A DNA stretch of 64,000 nt from Spirochaetota bacterium (GTDB lineage Bacteria > Spirochaetota > UBA4802 > UBA5550). The notes beneath the pieces are model-generated. The model did no database searches. It was not told the origin of the DNA and saw only the letters and a list, made by a program, of their open reading frames with translations. The position numbers and the translations under genes were made by a program. Within the stretch, counting starts at the first letter, position 1. Each line of letters opens with the position of its first letter. The stretch covers positions 2,752,001 to 2,816,000 of the forward strand of contig OY760686.1 of assembly GCA_963663865.1 (NCBI GenBank), given 5' to 3'. This document shows positions 59,169-64,000 of this stretch, in pieces.

Positions 59169-59768
59169 TCAAATCTTCATGCCCGAAAACCCGAGAAAAG
59201 CGAGGGAAAGAAGCCCGGCGCTTATAAAGGTAATCGGAAGTCCCCTGAGGTTTTCAGGGATATCTGCTATCTCAAGCCTTTCCCTTATGCCAGCCATGAG
59301 AAGAAGCGCCAGCGTAAAGCCAACTCCCGCGCCTATCCCCTGGACAATAGACTTGATGAGTCCGGCGCCGTCATTTACAAAGCCGGAATTTATATTGAGC
59401 AGTGTGACCCCGAGCACGGCGCAGTTGGTGGTAATCAGCGGCAGAAATATCCCGAGAGCCTGGTATAACGACGGAGAAAACTTCTCGATCACCATTTCGA
59501 CAAACTGGACCAGAGAAGCTATAACGAGTATAAATGCTACCGTTCTCAGGTATACAAGGTCATGAGGCAGCAGAATGAACTTATAGATAATGAAAGTAAA
59601 AAACGAAGCTATAGTCATAACAAAGATTACTGCCATCCCCATACCAAGGGCAGAGTCAATCTTCTTCGATACTCCAAGGAAGGGGCAAAGCCCCAGCATT
59701 TGCGATAAAACATAGTTGTTGATAAAAATTGTCGATATCAGAATTCCGAACAGGACCTTCAGTTCCAT
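59169..59768 (-). CDS. rnfA: Rnf complex subunit A
   Basis: NNYVL...[32 protein letters not shown]. Confidence 0.95.
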   Translation of the reverse strand: MELKVLFGILISTIFINNYVLSQMLGLCPFLGVSKKIDSALGMGMAVIFVMTIASFFTFIIYKFILLPHDLVYLRTVAFILVIASLVQFVEMVIEKFSPSLYQALGIFLPLITTNCAVLGVTLLNINSGFVNDGAGLIKSIVQGIGAGVGFTLALLLMAGIRERLEIADIPENLRGLPITFISAGLLSLAFLGFSGMKI

Positions 59769-59770
59769 TG

Positions 59771-60367
59771 TTATCTCCCCTTCTTCCTGCTGTTAAGAAC
59801 GTTCATGCCCCAGAGCATAAATCCAATCGTTATAAACGCCCCCGGCGCTATTGACATTGCAGATGACGGCTCCATCCCCGGAACCATTACAAGCCCCAGA
59901 ACCTTGTTGGCGCCCAGAGATTCACGGAAAAAGGCCAGGACACAGAGCGTAAGGCCGAATCCTATACCCATGCCGAGGCCGTCGAGGAGCGATGCGAGTG
60001 GGCCGTTTTTGGAAGCAAACTCCTCCGCCCTGCCCAGAATTATACAGTTTACTACAATCAGCGATATGAAAATCCCCAGTGCGCGGTAAACAGCCGGCTG
60101 GTACGCATTCAGCATCAGCTCAACAATGGTCACGAAAGACGCGATAACCGTAATATAGACAGGAATCCTTATCTGAGGAGAAATATACTTCTTAATAATT
60201 GACACGAGCACATTAGAACAAATTAACACAAATGTCGTTCCGAGAGTCATCCAGGCGGCGTTTGAAACGCTCGTAGAAACCGCCAGCGCGGGACACAGAC
60301 CGATACCAAGCACAAGGATGGGATTTTTCGCCCAGAGCCCCTTAACGAATATCTGCCAGTACTTCAT
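59771..60367 (-). CDS. rnfE: Rnf complex subunit E
   Basis: NPIL...[31 protein letters not shown]. Confidence 0.95.
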   Translation of the reverse strand: MKYWQIFVKGLWAKNPILVLGIGLCPALAVSTSVSNAAWMTLGTTFVLICSNVLVSIIKKYISPQIRIPVYITVIASFVTIVELMLNAYQPAVYRALGIFISLIVVNCIILGRAEEFASKNGPLASLLDGLGMGIGFGLTLCVLAFFRESLGANKVLGLVMVPGMEPSSAMSIAPGAFITIGFMLWGMNVLNSRKKGR

Positions 60368-61104
60368 TTCTCCTCCAGAGGCGCGTTCTTTTCTTGAGGG
60401 GGGGATAAAGCCTTTTTCAGCCCGGCAGCCTGCCTCTCAATGGAGTCTACTACAGCCTTCGAGGTTATCGTCGCGCCGGTAATGACTGAGATTGAATTCT
60501 TCGACAACAGCTCTTCCCTCATTTCAGTGCTCCAGTCGCCTCTCTTGACAAGCCCGATTTTGCTCTCGAGGCTCAGTCCGGCGAACTGCTCCTGGAACCA
60601 GGGAGTTTTGCTCTCCACACCGACCTTCTGGTTACCAGTAATGGCTCCCATGAGCGTTCTTCCGCTCTTGACTTCGACCGACCTGGCGCCAAGCCCCGGA
60701 GTTTCAGTCTGCCTCATTATCACTATTCCAAGCACGGTGAAATTCTCATCCACTCCGGCAAGGGTTTCAATATTACCGCTGTAACCCGGGATTGAACACA
60801 GAAAGGCGTATCCGGGGCTTTCCCTGCCGTCAATGCTTTTCACGCCGGACCAGTAACGCATTTCCCCGCCCGAGGACCCGGCTGTTTTTGACTCAATGCT
60901 CCCGTAACCGGGAAGGACCATAGATACTGATTCATTTAGTTTTTGCTCTGCTCTTTTAGCGATTACTACAGAGGCATTTTTGTACACATGGGAAAGCAGA
61001 AAAGCCGCGATGAGAGCGACCATTCCGAGCATTAGAGTCGGCTTGAGAATTATGCTCTCTTTGTTCTTTGCCTCTGAATTTTCTGTATTGAGTTTATCTG
61101 TCAT
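60364..61104 (-). CDS. rnfG: Rnf complex subunit G (FMN-binding)
   Basis: Start at ATG 61104; GYSGNI, ETPGLG, ITGATITS flavinylation motif. Confidence 0.9.
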   Translation of the reverse strand: MTDKLNTENSEAKNKESIILKPTLMLGMVALIAAFLLSHVYKNASVVIAKRAEQKLNESVSMVLPGYGSIESKTAGSSGGEMRYWSGVKSIDGRESPGYAFLCSIPGYSGNIETLAGVDENFTVLGIVIMRQTETPGLGARSVEVKSGRTLMGAITGNQKVGVESKTPWFQEQFAGLSLESKIGLVKRGDWSTEMREELLSKNSISVITGATITSKAVVDSIERQAAGLKKALSPPQEKNAPLEEK

Positions 61105-62173
61105 TGGCCGCACCCTTTGACTTTTTTTTGCCGGTTCCAAAAACGGCTGGCCTGAGGTATCTGTCTATGAGGGGCACAAAGGCATTCATAAGAAGAATGG
61201 AGTATGACACTCCCTCAGGATATCCACCCCATATTCTAATGACAAAGGTTATAACACCGCAACCCGCGCCGAAGATAAGCATGCCGCGCGGTGTGACTGG
61301 CGATGTGACCATATCAGTCGCCATGAAGAACGCGCCCAGAAAAAGGCCGCCTGAAAGCAGATGGAAGGCTACAGCATGGGATACAGGAACCGAACCTTCT
61401 GCCATGTAATACGCACAGGCCAGAAGCGCGACTGTCCCGATGTAGGCCGCGGGGATGTGCCAGGTAATAACGCGCCTGAAAAGCAGAAAAAGTCCGCCCA
61501 GAAGAAGAAGCAGAGCCGAGGTCTCGCCGATGCACCCGCCGATATTCCCCTGTCCAAGCGATTTTATGATGTCTCCGGAAAACAGGAAGCCCTTAACCGC
61601 TTCCGGAGTCACGCCGGCATCAGCGGCAAAACGAGGCAGCTCTTTGAGTGCCTGCAGAGGCGTCGCAGATGTTATTACATCAAACGCCTGGCGTGGAATC
61701 TCCGCTGTCGGGGCGGCGGCCTGGGACATAACATTGGTGCCGCTGAAAACGCTCCATCCTGATGTCATGTGCAGAGGCCACGATGCCATCAGAAAAGCCC
61801 TGGCCGCAAGCGCCGGATTGAAAATATTGAATCCGAGTCCTCCAAAGAGCTGCTTGACAATAATCACTGCGAAGGCCGATCCGATAGCCACCATCCAGAG
61901 CGGGGCTGAAGGCGGCACATTCATTGCAAGCAGGAGGCCTGTCAGGGCCGCTGATCCGTCATGCACAGTAATGTTTTTTTTAAGAAGCGCCCTGACAGCA
62001 AGCTCCGAAAGCACGGCTGAAAGGACAGCTGTCAAATATATAAAGAGTGCGCCGGTGCCAATCAAATAGACCGAGTAAACCGCCTGAGGAACCAGAGCGG
62101 CGACCACTGTCCACATTATCAGAGGGATTGATTCTTTCGATTTTATGTGAGGAGCATTTGAGAGAACAAGCAT
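61094..62173 (-). CDS. rnfD: Rnf complex subunit D
   Basis: APH, DGSA.LTGLLL, KQLFGGLG.NIFNPA, TSATP, GCIGETS, FFMATD.VTSP. Confidence 0.96.
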   Translation of the reverse strand: MLVLSNAPHIKSKESIPLIMWTVVAALVPQAVYSVYLIGTGALFIYLTAVLSAVLSELAVRALLKKNITVHDGSAALTGLLLAMNVPPSAPLWMVAIGSAFAVIIVKQLFGGLGFNIFNPALAARAFLMASWPLHMTSGWSVFSGTNVMSQAAAPTAEIPRQAFDVITSATPLQALKELPRFAADAGVTPEAVKGFLFSGDIIKSLGQGNIGGCIGETSALLLLLGGLFLLFRRVITWHIPAAYIGTVALLACAYYMAEGSVPVSHAVAFHLLSGGLFLGAFFMATDMVTSPVTPRGMLIFGAGCGVITFVIRIWGGYPEGVSYSILLMNAFVPLIDRYLRPAVFGTGKKKSKGAANDR

Positions 62174-62212
62174 GGATTATTCAATTCCTCCAGTATTGTG
62201 CGGCAGGGCGGT

Positions 62213-63526
62213 TTACATTCCTTTCTGCCTTTTTATCTCGGCCTGGGCCATCTTGATAAAGTGGCTTACCGGCCTTTTCGACGGACACACATACGAACAG
62301 CTTCCGCAGGCTATGCAGTCATTCGGTGAAAGTCCGGCGGCAATATCGTATCGCGATGCCTCAGCGGCGTTGGCTATTTCGCACGGCAGAAGCCCCGACG
62401 GACACGCCGAAACGCACTTGCCGCATCTGAGACAGGGCCCGTAAGCCCGATTATCCGTTTCGCGCGTAGACATAAAGAGAATCCCGGAAGTACCCTTCAC
62501 CACCGGGATGTCCATGGTATTTATCGCCGTTCCGCACATCGGACCGCCGAAAATGACCCTGGAAGGTTCAGATGTTAAACCGCCGCATTCACTGATTATA
62601 TCGGAAACCCGAGTGCCAATTCTAACCTTGTAGTTACCGGGCTTCGCGATGCAGCCGCCGGAAACGGTAATGTATCGTGATGTCAGCGGACGTGAATAGA
62701 ATACCGCATCCCTGGCCGCAAAGGCTGTACCGACATTGAATACTGCCGCCCCTACATCCATGGGAAGTCCTTTTGACGGGACCTCACGCCCAAGCAGGGA
62801 ACGTATAAGCTGCTTCTCTGCCCCCTGCGGATACCTGGTTTTAAGCGACCTCACGGTTACTCCGGAAAATCCGGCTGAAGCCCTTTTCAGGGCCTGAATC
62901 GCCTCAGGCTTGTTGTCCTCAACACCGATTACAGCGTTGCTGACCTTGAGCGCTTTCTTAAGTACAGCTATCCCCTCAAGTATCTCCCGAGGATAAGTCC
63001 TCATGAGCATGTCGTCAACCGTAAGATACGGTTCACACTCAGACCCGTTTATCACCAGTGTGTTGATTTTTCTTTCCGCGGGAGGCATCAGCTTGACGTG
63101 GGCCGGAAACGCGGCGCCGCCGAGTCCGACAATGCCGGCCTCTTTGATGAGATCGACTATCTCCGGGATGGATATTGACTTCAGATCCCGCAGGGGAGCA
63201 TTCCCCGATGAGCTCTGAAATGAGCCGCCTGCCTCGATAACGACTGTACGCGATTTGCCGTAAATGCCCGGATAAATGCCGATATCGACAACCTTGCCCG
63301 GCACGGAAGCGTGAATGTTGGAGCTTATAAATCCCTTACCCGCTCCCACGATCTGGCCTTCCTCGACAAAGTCGCCTACAGACACAGCGGGTTCGGCCAC
63401 CGCGCCGATATGCTGCTGCATTGATATATAGGCCGTGCCTGGAACAGCAAGGTTGTTGAACGCCGCACCGCTGGTTGCCCGCTTATTTTCGGGAGGGTGT
63501 ATCCCCCCCCTGACACCGCCAAACAT
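62213..63526 (-). CDS. rnfC: Rnf complex subunit C
   Basis: GGIHPPENK, QHIG, HASVPG, GIVGLGGAAFP, ECEPYLT.D, two CxxCxxCxxxCP clusters. Confidence 0.96.
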   Translation of the reverse strand: MFGGVRGGIHPPENKRATSGAAFNNLAVPGTAYISMQQHIGAVAEPAVSVGDFVEEGQIVGAGKGFISSNIHASVPGKVVDIGIYPGIYGKSRTVVIEAGGSFQSSSGNAPLRDLKSISIPEIVDLIKEAGIVGLGGAAFPAHVKLMPPAERKINTLVINGSECEPYLTVDDMLMRTYPREILEGIAVLKKALKVSNAVIGVEDNKPEAIQALKRASAGFSGVTVRSLKTRYPQGAEKQLIRSLLGREVPSKGLPMDVGAAVFNVGTAFAARDAVFYSRPLTSRYITVSGGCIAKPGNYKVRIGTRVSDIISECGGLTSEPSRVIFGGPMCGTAINTMDIPVVKGTSGILFMSTRETDNRAYGPCLRCGKCVSACPSGLLPCEIANAAEASRYDIAAGLSPNDCIACGSCSYVCPSKRPVSHFIKMAQAEIKRQKGM

Positions 63527-63529
63527 GGA

Positions 63530-63811
63530 TTAGTTGTCTCTTGTGGAATAAATCTCGTCTTTTATCGGGAGCTCTTTTCTCAGGTTTTTTATATAAGGGA
63601 AAAGTTCACCGCAGGAGACATAGTATTCGCAGTCGTCCATTATCCTTCTCGCGACAGTGAAATATTTATAAAGTTTCTCCTCACCGGACCTCTTCACCCA
63701 CTTTTTTTTCAGGCATTTTACACGAAGAACATACCTGTCGGGCTCAGATTCGTACTGCCTGATAACAATGCAATGCTGGCAGTTTGAGCAGAAAATTTTT
63801 TCTTTAGACAT
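63530..63811 (-). CDS. Small basic Cys-rich hypothetical protein (CxxCxxC)
   Basis: AAGGAG SD and ATG 63811; FCSNCQHC...KC...DDC..YVSC; stop is 3 nt before the rnfC start. Confidence 0.75.
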   Translation of the reverse strand: MSKEKIFCSNCQHCIVIRQYESEPDRYVLRVKCLKKKWVKRSGEEKLYKYFTVARRIMDDCEYYVSCGELFPYIKNLRKELPIKDEIYSTRDN

Positions 63812-64000
63812 ATTTGTCTCCTTAATCAACTTAGTGAAAATATATATTTTTTTGAAGAAATCCGCCGAAAGGCCCCTGAAAATCAGGGCATAATTGAGTC
63901 ACTGAATTCTCCATTGAGTCGCAGGGCGGCGAACAGTCAAGAATTTTTTCTTATTAATGAAAACGGGGTATGTGACAGAATCAAGCAGTCTGAAGAGGCC

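Noticed and set aside
63503-63510. G8 run in rnfC (and G8 at 6972-6979) as phase-variation tracts
   Set aside because: The rnfC run encodes the conserved GGIHP motif, and eight bases is borderline with no other support

Overview
Chromosomal window from a motile, probably anaerobic spirochete-like bacterium (inferred from cheX, an MCP, many lipoproteins, thyX and an Rnf complex). 1-23 kb is a large cell-surface polysaccharide/glycolipid locus. It holds an FrhB-like Fe-S protein plus a pyruvyltransferase; an Arn-like cassette (deacetylase, degenerate deacetylase-GT2 fusion, SMR flippase, GT-C transferase, FAD oxidoreductase) joined to wbpD/E/B/wecB-like diaminosugar genes; an initiating sugar transferase; ugd/uge; a MORN lipoprotein; and an acyl-CoA ligase. 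Next come an mlaE-mlaF-mlaD operon whose ATPase has lost all canonical motifs, and the conserved rpsB-tsf-pyrH-frr-uppS-cdsA-dxr-rseP operon. 35-49 kb is an accessory block: MCP, SRAP, NHL lipoprotein, GT-CapA-TupA, umuDC, and a GH3 gene facing an orphan solute-binding protein and a membrane-anchored AraC. The rest is dnaE-methyltransferase-panC, trm112-like, ppiD-like, cheX, thyX and an rnfCDGEA operon with no rnfB. The best unannotated element is a candidate sigma-28-dependent ~57-nt sRNA at 55966-56056 with an anti-SD/anti-AUG seed. I found no tRNA, rRNA, CRISPR array or transposase. All calls come from reading motifs by eye; no searches were run.
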